Positions 43,388 to 52,247 of a stretch of DNA of 55,323 nucleotides are shown here, piece by piece (the stretch's first letter is position 1; each line of letters starts with the position of its first letter). The notes beneath the pieces are model-generated. The model was not told the DNA's origin, did no database searches, and saw nothing but the letters and a program-made list of their open reading frames with translations. The DNA comes from Actinomycetota bacterium (lineage in GTDB: Bacteria > Actinomycetota > Actinomycetes > JAKEEW01): the NCBI GenBank assembly GCA_046725875.1, contig JBKOZJ010000080.1:1-55323 (forward strand). The letters are read 5' to 3'. The translations under genes were made by a program, and so were the position numbers.

Positions 43388-44608
43388 CTAGCTGAGGCGT
43401 TCGAAGATCATGGCCATGCCTTGGCCGCCGCCGACGCACAGCGTCTCCAGCCCGAACTGCTTGTCGTGCCACTGGAGCGAGTTGATGAGCGTGGTGGTGA
43501 TCCGGGCGCCGGTCATGCCGTACGGATGCCCGACTGCGATCGCTCCGCCGTTGAGATTGAGCTTTTCCAAAGGGATCCGGAGGTCGCGGTAGGACGGGAT
43601 CACCTGGGCGGCGAACGCCTCGTTGATCTCCACTAGATCGATGTCGTCCATGGTCATGCCGGCTCGGTCGAGCGCACGCTGGGAAGCCTCCACCGGACCG
43701 AGTCCCATGATCTCCGGTGACAGCGCCGAGAGTCCGGTAGCGACGATCCGGGCGAGCGGCGTGAGGCCGAGCTCCCGCGCCGTCCGGTCGGACATCACGA
43801 TGACGGCCGCGGCCCCATCGTTGAGCGGGCAGCAATTGCCGGCGGTGACCCGGCCGTCTGGCCGGAAGACCGGCTTCAGTTCGGCGACCTTCTCCAGGGT
43901 CACTCCGGGCCGGGGACCGTCGTCCCGGTCCACGACGCTTCCGTCCGGCAGGGTGACGGGAGTGATCTCGCGCGCCCAGAAGCCGTCCTTGATTGCTTGT
44001 TCGGCGAGGTGCTGGGAGCGTACGCCGAACTCGTCCATCTCCCTTCGCGTGATCCCTCTGGCGAGCGCCAAGTTCTCGGCCGTCTGCCCCATGGCCATGT
44101 AGATGTCGGGCAGCAGCCCGTTCGCCCGCGGGTCGTGCCACTCGTCGGCGCCGTGGTTCGCCCGATCGGCGGTCCGGCGCATCGCCTCGGCGAACGTGGG
44201 GTTCTTGGTCTCCGGCCAGGAGTCGGAGTTTCCCTTCACATACCGGGACACCGTCTCCACGCCAGCCGAGATGTAGGCGTCACCTTCACCGGCCTTGATG
44301 GCGTGGAACGCCATCCGGGTGGTCTGCAGGCTCGACGCGCAGTAGCGGGTGAGCGTGGTTCCCGGCAGATGGTCGTAGCCGAGCAGGATCGCCGCCACCC
44401 GGGCCATGTTGAAGCCCTGCTCACCACCGGGCAGGCCGCAGCCAAGCATCAGATCATCAATGTTCGCGGGGTCCAGCTGCGGCACCTTGTCGAGGAGCGC
44501 CCGGACAACCTGGACGGTCAGATCGTCCGGTCGCACGTCGACCAAGGACCCCTTCGCCGCGCGGCCGATCGGCGAGCGGGCAGTGGCGACGATCACGGCA
44601 TCAGGCAT
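43388..44608 (-). CDS. acetyl-CoA C-acetyltransferase (thiolase)
   Basis: RYCASSLQ, NEAFA, GGAIAVGHP, LCVGGGQG. Confidence 0.95.
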   Translation of the reverse strand: MPDAVIVATARSPIGRAAKGSLVDVRPDDLTVQVVRALLDKVPQLDPANIDDLMLGCGLPGGEQGFNMARVAAILLGYDHLPGTTLTRYCASSLQTTRMAFHAIKAGEGDAYISAGVETVSRYVKGNSDSWPETKNPTFAEAMRRTADRANHGADEWHDPRANGLLPDIYMAMGQTAENLALARGITRREMDEFGVRSQHLAEQAIKDGFWAREITPVTLPDGSVVDRDDGPRPGVTLEKVAELKPVFRPDGRVTAGNCCPLNDGAAAVIVMSDRTARELGLTPLARIVATGLSALSPEIMGLGPVEASQRALDRAGMTMDDIDLVEINEAFAAQVIPSYRDLRIPLEKLNLNGGAIAVGHPYGMTGARITTTLINSLQWHDKQFGLETLCVGGGQGMAMIFERLS

Positions 44609-44879
44609 CGTTTGTCCGTTCCTCGTTCCGGTCCGATTACAGTCTGCCCGAGCGAACTCAGCTCCCCCTTGGGCAGAGATTCGTTCGGGGTGGCAACGAT
44701 CTTCCGGCGCGCATTGACCCGATCGTTGGCCGGCGCGTCGACCGGCCGGGCGAGATCGCGTAACGGATCAATAACAGTGCTCCTGAAATCGTTCGATTCC
44801 GGCGACCACAATGCGTCTCACCTGCGACAAAGCAACTAAGGCCAGGCATCGCCTGGCGGGGGACGTCAAGGAGCATGCA

Positions 44880-44993
44880 ATGAACAGTCTCGTCATCATC
44901 TTCGCCGCCACCGTGTTCGCGACCGTCCTGTTCGCGATCCTCGCCTCGGTCGCCGCGCCGGCGGACGCGAAGGACGACGAGCGCGTGCGGTAG
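44880..44993 (+). CDS. putative 37-aa single-TM small protein
   Basis: AAGGAG RBS, high-GC3 codons, MNSLVIIFAATVFATVLFAILASVAAPADAKDDERVR. Confidence 0.6.
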   Translation: MNSLVIIFAATVFATVLFAILASVAAPADAKDDERVR

Positions 44994-45190
44994 CAGCGGC
45001 CCGTCATCAGCGGCAGACCGCCTTCATTGTCGTGGCTGGCCGGCGGGTTGCCCCACGGGGCAGGGGACGGCCCAGGTGGGCAGCTCTTTGATCCGCCAAG
45101 CGGCCAAAACCTGGACATTGCGCTGGGTATTCGAGACCCATCGCGCACGCTTCGAGCGGTTGGTGGATCAAACAGGAGTTCGCCGGCGCG

Positions 45191-46387
45191 ATGAGGGCTG
45201 CATGGGAGCTGTGCGATCCTCCTAGTGTGACTTCGAGGCTGATGTTGGGACGCTACGCCGTCGATCCGCCGGTCGTGCTGGCGCCGATGGCGGGCATCAC
45301 CAATATCGCGTTCCGCCGACTCTGCCGAGAGCAGGGCGGCGGATTGTTCGTCTCAGAGATGATCACGACGCGGGCGCTCGTGGAGCGGAGCCCAAAGACC
45401 ATGCGGATGATCGCATTCGACGGCGCTCGCCCCCGCAGCCTGCAGCTTTACGGGGTCGACCCGGTCCTGATGCGTAAGGCCGTCGAAATCATCGCGGACG
45501 AGGATCTCGCCGACCACGTCGATCTCAACTTCGGCTGTCCGATGCCGAAGGTTACCCGGAAGGGCGGCGGATCGGCGCTCCCGTGGAGGCGCCGGCTCTT
45601 CGGTTCGATCGTCTCTGCAGCCGCGGATGCGGCGGCACCCGCGGCGATCCCGGTGACCGTGAAGATGCGGACCGGCATCGACGCCGACCACCTCACGTAT
45701 CTCGAGGCCGGTCGGATCGCCCAGGAGGCCGGCGCGACCTGGGTGGCCCTGCATGCTCGCACCGCTAGCCAGCGATATTCCGGCATTGCCGACTGGCCGG
45801 CCATTGCCGAGCTCAAGCGGGCCCTCAACATTGCGGTGCTCGGCAACGGTGACATCTGGGAGGCCGAGGACGCCATCCGGATGGTGGACCGGACCGGCGC
45901 GGACGGGGTCGTCGTGGGGCGCGGCTGCCTCGGCCGACCTTGGCTGTTCGCCGACCTCGATGCGGCGTTCAGCCGCCGCCGCGCAATCGAGGGCGCCATA
46001 TCAGGCCCGCACCGGCCGGCCCGGGTCCTCCCGTCCCTGGGAGAGGTGGCCGCAGTCATGGGTCGGCACGCGGAGCTGCTGGCGGAGTGGTACGGCTCGG
46101 AGCGGGACGGCGTGGTCGACTTCCGCAGACACGTCGCCTGGTACCTCAAGGGCTTCCCTGTCGGCGCCATCCTGCGCCGGCGACTCGCAATGGCATCGTC
46201 ACTGAGCGAGCTTGGCGAGCTGCTCGGCCAGCTCGATCCAGAGATCGCGTTCCCGGTTGAAATACTCGGCCAGCCTCGTGGGCGTACAAACTCACCGGGG
46301 AAGGTGGCGCTCCCCGACGGCTGGCTCGCCGACCGAGAAGACGACGCAGTCCCGGAGGACGCTGAGCTCGCCGACTCCGGCGGTTAG
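45191..46387 (+). CDS. dusB: tRNA dihydrouridine synthase DusB
   Basis: LAPMAGIT, DLNFGCP, VTVKMR, GNGDI. Start may be GTG 45227. Confidence 0.95.
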   Translation: MRAAWELCDPPSVTSRLMLGRYAVDPPVVLAPMAGITNIAFRRLCREQGGGLFVSEMITTRALVERSPKTMRMIAFDGARPRSLQLYGVDPVLMRKAVEIIADEDLADHVDLNFGCPMPKVTRKGGGSALPWRRRLFGSIVSAAADAAAPAAIPVTVKMRTGIDADHLTYLEAGRIAQEAGATWVALHARTASQRYSGIADWPAIAELKRALNIAVLGNGDIWEAEDAIRMVDRTGADGVVVGRGCLGRPWLFADLDAAFSRRRAIEGAISGPHRPARVLPSLGEVAAVMGRHAELLAEWYGSERDGVVDFRRHVAWYLKGFPVGAILRRRLAMASSLSELGELLGQLDPEIAFPVEILGQPRGRTNSPGKVALPDGWLADREDDAVPEDAELADSGG

Positions 46388-46403
46388 CACCGCGAACAGA
46401 CCT

Positions 46404-46467
46404 GCTTCGCGCCCACCGCAGCCGCTTCGCGCCCACCGCAGCCGCTTCGCGCCCACCGCAGCCGCTT
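46404..46467. repeat. perfect 20-bp tandem repeat x3.2
   Basis: GCTTCGCGCCCACCGCAGCC at 46404, 46424 and 46444, plus GCTT. Confidence 0.95.
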
Positions 46468-46625
46468 TATGTCGGGTACGGGTCCTGGAATCCGGCAGTT
46501 CAGACACGAAATTCCGGCTACCAGGAACAGGAATGCGTTACCTGGCGTAAAGCGAGGCACCGCGGCGCCCGGGCCAGCATTTGGTCGCTGTGGTCAGGCC
46601 TGTGCGCAGGTGGCAGAGTCGAACT

Positions 46626-47150
46626 GTGGTTAACCCCGATCCCGCCTGCGCCATGGCGCACGGTGACCTGCCACCTCCCGACGAGGAGCGGACGCTGGTG
46701 GCCGTCTTCGTGTCGCCGGTCGCCCGATACCTCCTCCACTTCGGTCACGACCTTGGTTACCGCACCGTCCTGGTCGAGCCGGATCCGCGGGTGGTCATGG
46801 ACACCGACCGGGCGAATGCCGACGCCGTAGAAGCGTCGGCCAAATCGGCACAGCTTAATCCGAGGACCGACGTCGTCGTCACTGACCACGACCGCCGCGA
46901 GCTGGGACCCGTACTCGCCGAAGTTCTCGCTCACCCGGTTCGCTGGATCGGGGTCATGGGTGCGCTCCGGCACAGCGCGCCGCACATCGAGGCGCTGCGC
47001 GGTCTCGGCTTGGCCGAGGAGCAGATCGCCCAGGTGCACCGGCCGATCGGGCTCAACATCGGGTCGCGGACACCGCCCGAGATAGCCATCGCCACGCTTG
47101 CCGGTCTCATCGCCGACCGCACCGGCCGCCCCGGCGGCTTCACGTTCTAG
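46626..47150 (+). CDS. XdhC family Rossmann-domain protein (stand-alone)
   Basis: VVVTDHD, WIGVMG, VHRPIGLNIGSRTPPEIAIATLA. Start uncertain. Confidence 0.8.
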   Translation: MVNPDPACAMAHGDLPPPDEERTLVAVFVSPVARYLLHFGHDLGYRTVLVEPDPRVVMDTDRANADAVEASAKSAQLNPRTDVVVTDHDRRELGPVLAEVLAHPVRWIGVMGALRHSAPHIEALRGLGLAEEQIAQVHRPIGLNIGSRTPPEIAIATLAGLIADRTGRPGGFTF

Positions 47151-47225
47151 CCACAGGCGGAGCCGATAGGCTCGCAGAGCACGGCCATGCACGGCCGCCG
47201 AGAGATCGCCGCTGGGGGCACTCCA

Positions 47226-49922
47226 ATGCCTAAGTACGTCTACGCCTTCGCCGAGGGAAACAAGGACCTGAAGGACCTGCTCGGCGGGAAAGGTGCGAAC
47301 CTCGCCGAGATGACCAACCTCGGTCTGCCGGTGCCACCCGGCTTCACGATCACTACCGATGCATGTCGGGTGTACCTAGAGACCGGCAGCCCACCGCAGG
47401 GCATGGCCGCCGAGACGGACGAACATCTGACCGCCCTCGAGGAGCGGATGGGCAAGCGCCTAGGCCAGCCGGACGACCCGCTGCTTGTCTCCGTGCGCTC
47501 CGGGGCGAAGTTCTCGATGCCCGGCATGATGGAGACCGTCCTCAACATCGGCCTGAACGACGAATCTGTCGAGGGCCTGGCCAAACAGGCGGGGAACGAC
47601 CGGTTTGCGTGGGATTCCTACCGCAGGCTGCTGCAGATGTTCGGCAAGACCGTGCTCGACATCGACGGCGAGCATTTCGAGGAGGCTCTCGAGGCGGCAA
47701 AGAAGGCCAAGGGGACGACCAATGACCTCGACCTCGACATGCAGGATCTGCGCGCGCTCGTCGAGACGTACAAGGGGATCATCCGGGAGCACGCCGGACG
47801 GGAGTTCCCGCAGGAGCCGCGGGAGCAGATGAACCTCGCCATCCGGGCCGTGTTCGACTCGTGGAACGCACCGCGTGCTGTCCTGTACCGCCGGCAGGAG
47901 CGGATCCCGGCCGACCTCGGCACCGCAGTCAACGTCGTCGCGATGGTGTTCGGCAACCTTGGCATGGACTCCGGCACCGGCGTCGCGTTCACCCGCGACC
48001 CGGGCAGTGGGCAGCAAGGCGTGTACGGCGACTACCTGCAGAACGCCCAGGGCGAGGACGTCGTCGCGGGCATCCGCAACACAGTGCCCCTGCAGGAGCT
48101 CGAGCACATCGACAAGGCGTCCTACGACCAGCTCCTCCAGATCATGCAAACGCTGGAGAACCACTACAAGGACCTCTGCGACATCGAGTTCACCATCGAG
48201 CGCAGCAAGCTCTGGATGCTGCAGACCCGGGTCGGGAAGCGCACGGCTGGAGCGGCCTTCCGGATTGCGACGCAGCTAGTCGACCAGGGCCTGATCGACC
48301 TGGATGAGGCTGTTACGCGGGTCAGCGGTGCACAGCTCGCCCAACTGATGTTCCCGCGCTTCGACGATCGCGCGGAAAAGCACCAGATTGCGCAGGGCAT
48401 GAACGCATCACCTGGCGCCGCGGTCGGGAAGGCGGTCTTCACCTCGGCCCGGGCGGCCGAGCGGGCTGCGACGGGTGAGCGGGTCATCCTCGTGCGGCGG
48501 GAGACCAATCCCGACGACCTACCGGGCATGATCGCCGCGCAGGGCATCCTGACCAGCCGTGGCGGCAAGACCTCGCACGCGGCGGTCGTCGCTCGTGGCA
48601 TGGGCAAGACCTGCGTCTGCGGCGCCGAGGAGCTCGATGTCGACACGAAGGTGGGGCGGTTTACGGCGCCCGGCGGCGTCGAGGTCAAAGAGGGTGACGT
48701 CGTCTCTATCGACGGCACCTCCGGTGCGATCTACCTCGGCGAGGTGCCGGTTGTGCCCTCGCCGGTCGTGCAGTATTTCGAGGGAGAGCTCGACGCCACC
48801 GCGCGGGACGGCGACGAGCTGATAACGGCCGTCCACCGGATCATGTCCCGGGCCGACGAGGTACGCAGGCTGCGGGTGCGAGCCAACGCGGACGCCCCGG
48901 AGGATTCGGCACGCGCCCGCCGGATGGGAGCCGAGGGCATCGGGCTGTGCCGCACCGAGCACATGTTCCTGGGTGACCGGCGGCAGTATGTCGAGGACCT
49001 CATCCTCGCGTCGACAGACGATGAGCGGCAGGCAGCGCTCGACGCGCTCGCGCCGCTGCAGCGGCAGGACTTCGTCGGCATCTTCGAGGCGATGGACGGT
49101 CTCCCGGTGACCGTCCGGCTGCTCGATCCGCCGCTGCACGAGTTCCTGCCCGACCTGACCGATCTCGCCGTAAAGGTGGCCGTGGCCGAGGCCCGCGGCG
49201 AGGACCCCGGCCGCGACCGGGAGCTGCTGGCCGCCGTACGCCGGCTGCACGAACAGAACCCGATGCTCGGCCTCCGTGGCGTGCGGCTCGGCCTGGCTAT
49301 ACCGGGCCTCTACGGCATGCAGGTACGTGCCATCGGCGAGGCGGCGGCCGAGTGGAAGAAGGCCGGCGGCGATCCCCGGGTCGAGATCATGATTCCGCTC
49401 GTCGGTGCTGTGCAGGAGCTGGAGATCATTCGGGAGGAGACCGAGCGGCTGCTCGCCGAGATTACCTACCGTGACGGAGCGGAACTGGACATCCCGATCG
49501 GGACAATGATCGAGCTGCCGCGGGCCGCCCTTACCGCGGGCGCGATCGCGGAGGCCGCCGACTTCTTCTCGTACGGAACAAACGACCTCACCCAGACCAC
49601 CTGGGGCTTCTCCCGCGACGATGTCGAGGCCTCCTTTTTCACCCAGTACCTCGAGGCCGGAGTTTTCGGTGTATCGCCATTCGAGACGCTCGACCGGGAA
49701 GGGGTAGGCCGCCTGGTGCGAATGGCATCGGAGGAGGGCCGGGCCGTCCGCCCTGACCTCAAGCTCGGCGTCTGCGGCGAGCACGGCGGCGACCCCGACT
49801 CGGTGCACTTCTTCCATGACGTCGGGCTCGACTACGTGTCATGCTCACCGTTCCGGGTGCCGGTCGCCCGGCTCGAGGCGGGCCGAGCGGCGATCCAGGG
49901 CGAGGGCAGCGACAGCAGGTGA
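47226..49922 (+). CDS. ppdK: pyruvate, phosphate dikinase
   Basis: LLGGKGANLAEM, GGKTSHAAVVARG, GLCRTEHMF, GVCGEHGGDP. Confidence 0.98.
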   Translation: MPKYVYAFAEGNKDLKDLLGGKGANLAEMTNLGLPVPPGFTITTDACRVYLETGSPPQGMAAETDEHLTALEERMGKRLGQPDDPLLVSVRSGAKFSMPGMMETVLNIGLNDESVEGLAKQAGNDRFAWDSYRRLLQMFGKTVLDIDGEHFEEALEAAKKAKGTTNDLDLDMQDLRALVETYKGIIREHAGREFPQEPREQMNLAIRAVFDSWNAPRAVLYRRQERIPADLGTAVNVVAMVFGNLGMDSGTGVAFTRDPGSGQQGVYGDYLQNAQGEDVVAGIRNTVPLQELEHIDKASYDQLLQIMQTLENHYKDLCDIEFTIERSKLWMLQTRVGKRTAGAAFRIATQLVDQGLIDLDEAVTRVSGAQLAQLMFPRFDDRAEKHQIAQGMNASPGAAVGKAVFTSARAAERAATGERVILVRRETNPDDLPGMIAAQGILTSRGGKTSHAAVVARGMGKTCVCGAEELDVDTKVGRFTAPGGVEVKEGDVVSIDGTSGAIYLGEVPVVPSPVVQYFEGELDATARDGDELITAVHRIMSRADEVRRLRVRANADAPEDSARARRMGAEGIGLCRTEHMFLGDRRQYVEDLILASTDDERQAALDALAPLQRQDFVGIFEAMDGLPVTVRLLDPPLHEFLPDLTDLAVKVAVAEARGEDPGRDRELLAAVRRLHEQNPMLGLRGVRLGLAIPGLYGMQVRAIGEAAAEWKKAGGDPRVEIMIPLVGAVQELEIIREETERLLAEITYRDGAELDIPIGTMIELPRAALTAGAIAEAADFFSYGTNDLTQTTWGFSRDDVEASFFTQYLEAGVFGVSPFETLDREGVGRLVRMASEEGRAVRPDLKLGVCGEHGGDPDSVHFFHDVGLDYVSCSPFRVPVARLEAGRAAIQGEGSDSR

Positions 49923-50638
49923 CGCTCACGTCCGGAGGCCGGGCTCGGGCGGGAGGTCCAACCGGGCCGGCCGGGTGGCGTGGCCTGGCCGCCCGCATCC
50001 GGCGCTTCCGTCCCGGCGCATCTGGCCGCGGCAGGCTCGGCCGCTGGCGGCCGCGCCGCCCGCTGGGTTGGGTCGCGCTCTTGGTACTCCTGGCGCTGCT
50101 GGCGGTCTTCTTCGGGACAGCCGTGCGGATCTGGTGGGTGGCAAGGCAGGACGCTCGCCCGCGGTCGGATGCGATCGTGGTCCTTGGCGCGAGCCAGTAC
50201 AACGGCCGCCCGTCCTCTTGGTTCGAGGCCCGGCTGGACCATGCGAGGAGCTTGTACGAGCAAGGAGTCGCGCCGCGCATCGTCACCGTCGGCGGTAACC
50301 AGCCAGGCGACGAGTTCACCGAGGCTGGCGCGGGCCGACGGTGGCTCGTTGACCACGGTGTTCCGGCTACTGCGGTAATCGCGGTGGAGACCGGCAGCGA
50401 CACTCTCGACAGCCTGAAGGCGGTCGACCGGGCGTACGAGACCAATGGCTGGGACTCCGCGGTGATCGTGACCGACCCGTGGCACTCGTACCGGTCTCGC
50501 GCGATGGCCCGCGATCTCGGCATCGACGCCGAGACCTCGCCGACGCGACAGGGCCCAGCGGTCCGCGAGCGCGGCACCCAGCTAACCCAGATTCTGCGGG
50601 AGACCATCGCCTACTGGGACTACCGCCTCCTCGGCTGA
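49919..50638 (+). CDS. YdcF family (DUF218) protein
   Basis: TM helix, DAIVVLGA, ARLDHA, IVTDPWHSYRS. GTGA overlap with ppdK. Confidence 0.88.
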   Translation: MTLTSGGRARAGGPTGPAGWRGLAARIRRFRPGASGRGRLGRWRPRRPLGWVALLVLLALLAVFFGTAVRIWWVARQDARPRSDAIVVLGASQYNGRPSSWFEARLDHARSLYEQGVAPRIVTVGGNQPGDEFTEAGAGRRWLVDHGVPATAVIAVETGSDTLDSLKAVDRAYETNGWDSAVIVTDPWHSYRSRAMARDLGIDAETSPTRQGPAVRERGTQLTQILRETIAYWDYRLLG

Positions 50639-50655
50639 CGGCCCGCCTCGGCGAG

Positions 50656-50731
50656 ATGAATGTGCCGTCGGCTCGATAGGTTCGAGCGAACGGCACGTTC
50701 CTTTGGGCGGATTCGAGCCGACGGCACATTC
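50656..50731. repeat. REP/MITE-like inverted-repeat element, copy 2
   Basis: Perfect 19-bp inverted repeat 50658-50676 / 50713-50731, plus an internal degenerate arm at 50682-50700 (16/19). Confidence 0.85.
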
Positions 50732-50758
50732 TTCTGCACGGTTGGGCGGGCGAGCATC

Positions 50759-52210
50759 GTGTACGACGACGCGGCGCGGGAGCGGTTCGTCGACGAGCCG
50801 CCGAAGCGGGCGGAGCGCACCCCGTTCGAGCGGGACCGGGCGCGGGTCGTGCACTCCGCGGCACTGCGCCGGCTGGCCGCAAAGACTCAGGTGCACAGCG
50901 CCACTACGAGCGACTTCGTTCGTAACCGGCTCACCCACTCCCTCGAGGTCGCTCAGGTCGGGCGCGAGCTCGGCAAGTCGCTCGGCTGCAATCCCGACGT
51001 CGTTGACACCGCCTGCCTCGCCCACGACCTCGGTCACCCGCCATTCGGTCATAACGGAGAATTTGCCCTCGCAGAGATCACGGCGGAGATTGGCGGTTTC
51101 GAGGGGAACGCGCAGACGCTGCGGCTGCTCACCCGCCTTGAGTCGAAGACCCTGGACAAGCGCGGCCGCAGTGCCGGCCTCAACCTCACCCGGGCGAGCC
51201 TCGACGCGGCGACGAAGTACCCCTACCCGCGGGGGGCTGCGCCCCCCGCGTACCCCCCGACCGGGGCCGAGGTGGGCACACATACCCGGGAAGGTGCCGG
51301 TGCGCGGCCCATGTACACCCCAACCGCGGCTGAACATTCCCGGGCGACTGTTGAGGGTGCCGCTGCGCCCCCTGTGAAACCAGGCTCCTCGGTAGAAGGG
51401 CACCTTGTGCCGGCAGGTTCGGAGAAAGGGTCCCTTCTAGCAGCAGTGGGCGTGGGCGGGTCACCCGCCGCGGCAGCCCCCGGGAAGTACGGCGTGTACG
51501 CGGAGGATCGAGAGATCTTCGACTGGATGCGGATCGGGGCGCCGGAGGGTCGGCCGTGCCTGGAAGCGCAGGTCATGGACTGGTCAGACGACGTTGCCTA
51601 CTCCGTACACGATCTCGAGGACGGCATCCAGCTCCACCAGATCGACCTCGAGCTTCTCCTGGCTTGGTCGGCCCGGCGAGAGGTGTTCGCAACGACCCGC
51701 GCGCGGTACGTGCCCCGTGCCAGCGACGATGAGCTCGCCGCCGCGCTCGACCGGCTGATCGAACGACCGTGGTGGCCGCGGTCATACGACGGCAGCCGCC
51801 GCGACCTAGCCATGCTCAAGAACCTCACCAGCCACCTCGTTGGCAGGTTCTGTACTGCGGCCGAAGCAGCGACCAAAGCGGAATACGGTCCTGGGCCGCT
51901 CACCCGCTACGCGGCCGACCTAGTCGTGCCGCTCCCGACCCGGCTCGAGGTCGCCGTACTCAAGGGGATCGCCGCCCACTACGTGATGTTCGTCGACGAG
52001 CGCCGGCCGCGCCTCGACGAGGAACGCGCCCTGATCTCCGAGCTGGTTGCCGCTGTCGTCAAAGGCCCCCCGGCCACCCTCGAGGCTGCATTCCGTAGCG
52101 ACTGGGACACCGCCACCGACGATGGTGCACGCCTACGGGTGGCCGTCGACCAGGTTGCCTCGCTTACCGACGTGTCCGCTCGAGAGTGGCACCAGCGCCT
52201 GTGTGGGTGA
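50759..52210 (+). CDS. dgt: deoxyguanosinetriphosphate triphosphohydrolase with ~70-aa insertion
   Basis: FERDRARVVHS, RNRLTHSLEV, AHDLGHPPFGHNGE, DDVAYSVHDLED; upstream of dnaG. Confidence 0.95.
   Translation: MYDDAARERFVDEPPKRAERTPFERDRARVVHSAALRRLAAKTQVHSATTSDFVRNRLTHSLEVAQVGRELGKSLGCNPDVVDTACLAHDLGHPPFGHNGEFALAEITAEIGGFEGNAQTLRLLTRLESKTLDKRGRSAGLNLTRASLDAATKYPYPRGAAPPAYPPTGAEVGTHTREGAGARPMYTPTAAEHSRATVEGAAAPPVKPGSSVEGHLVPAGSEKGSLLAAVGVGGSPAAAAPGKYGVYAEDREIFDWMRIGAPEGRPCLEAQVMDWSDDVAYSVHDLEDGIQLHQIDLELLLAWSARREVFATTRARYVPRASDDELAAALDRLIERPWWPRSYDGSRRDLAMLKNLTSHLVGRFCTAAEAATKAEYGPGPLTRYAADLVVPLPTRLEVAVLKGIAAHYVMFVDERRPRLDEERALISELVAAVVKGPPATLEAAFRSDWDTATDDGARLRVAVDQVASLTDVSAREWHQRLCG
51227..51385 (+). 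repeat. ~2.5 degenerate 63-bp units and a palindrome inside dgt
   Basis: YPPTGAE / YTPTAAE and EGAGARPM / EGAAAPPV are each 21 codons apart. Perfect 10-bp hairpin at 51228-51250. Confidence 0.7.
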
Positions 52211-52247
52211 CCGAGCCGCCGCCGCGCGCTCCCCGTACACTCCGATC

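Noticed and set aside
46404..46467. Possible mini-CRISPR array
   Set aside because: The repeats are contiguous with no spacers, and there are no cas genes in the window.
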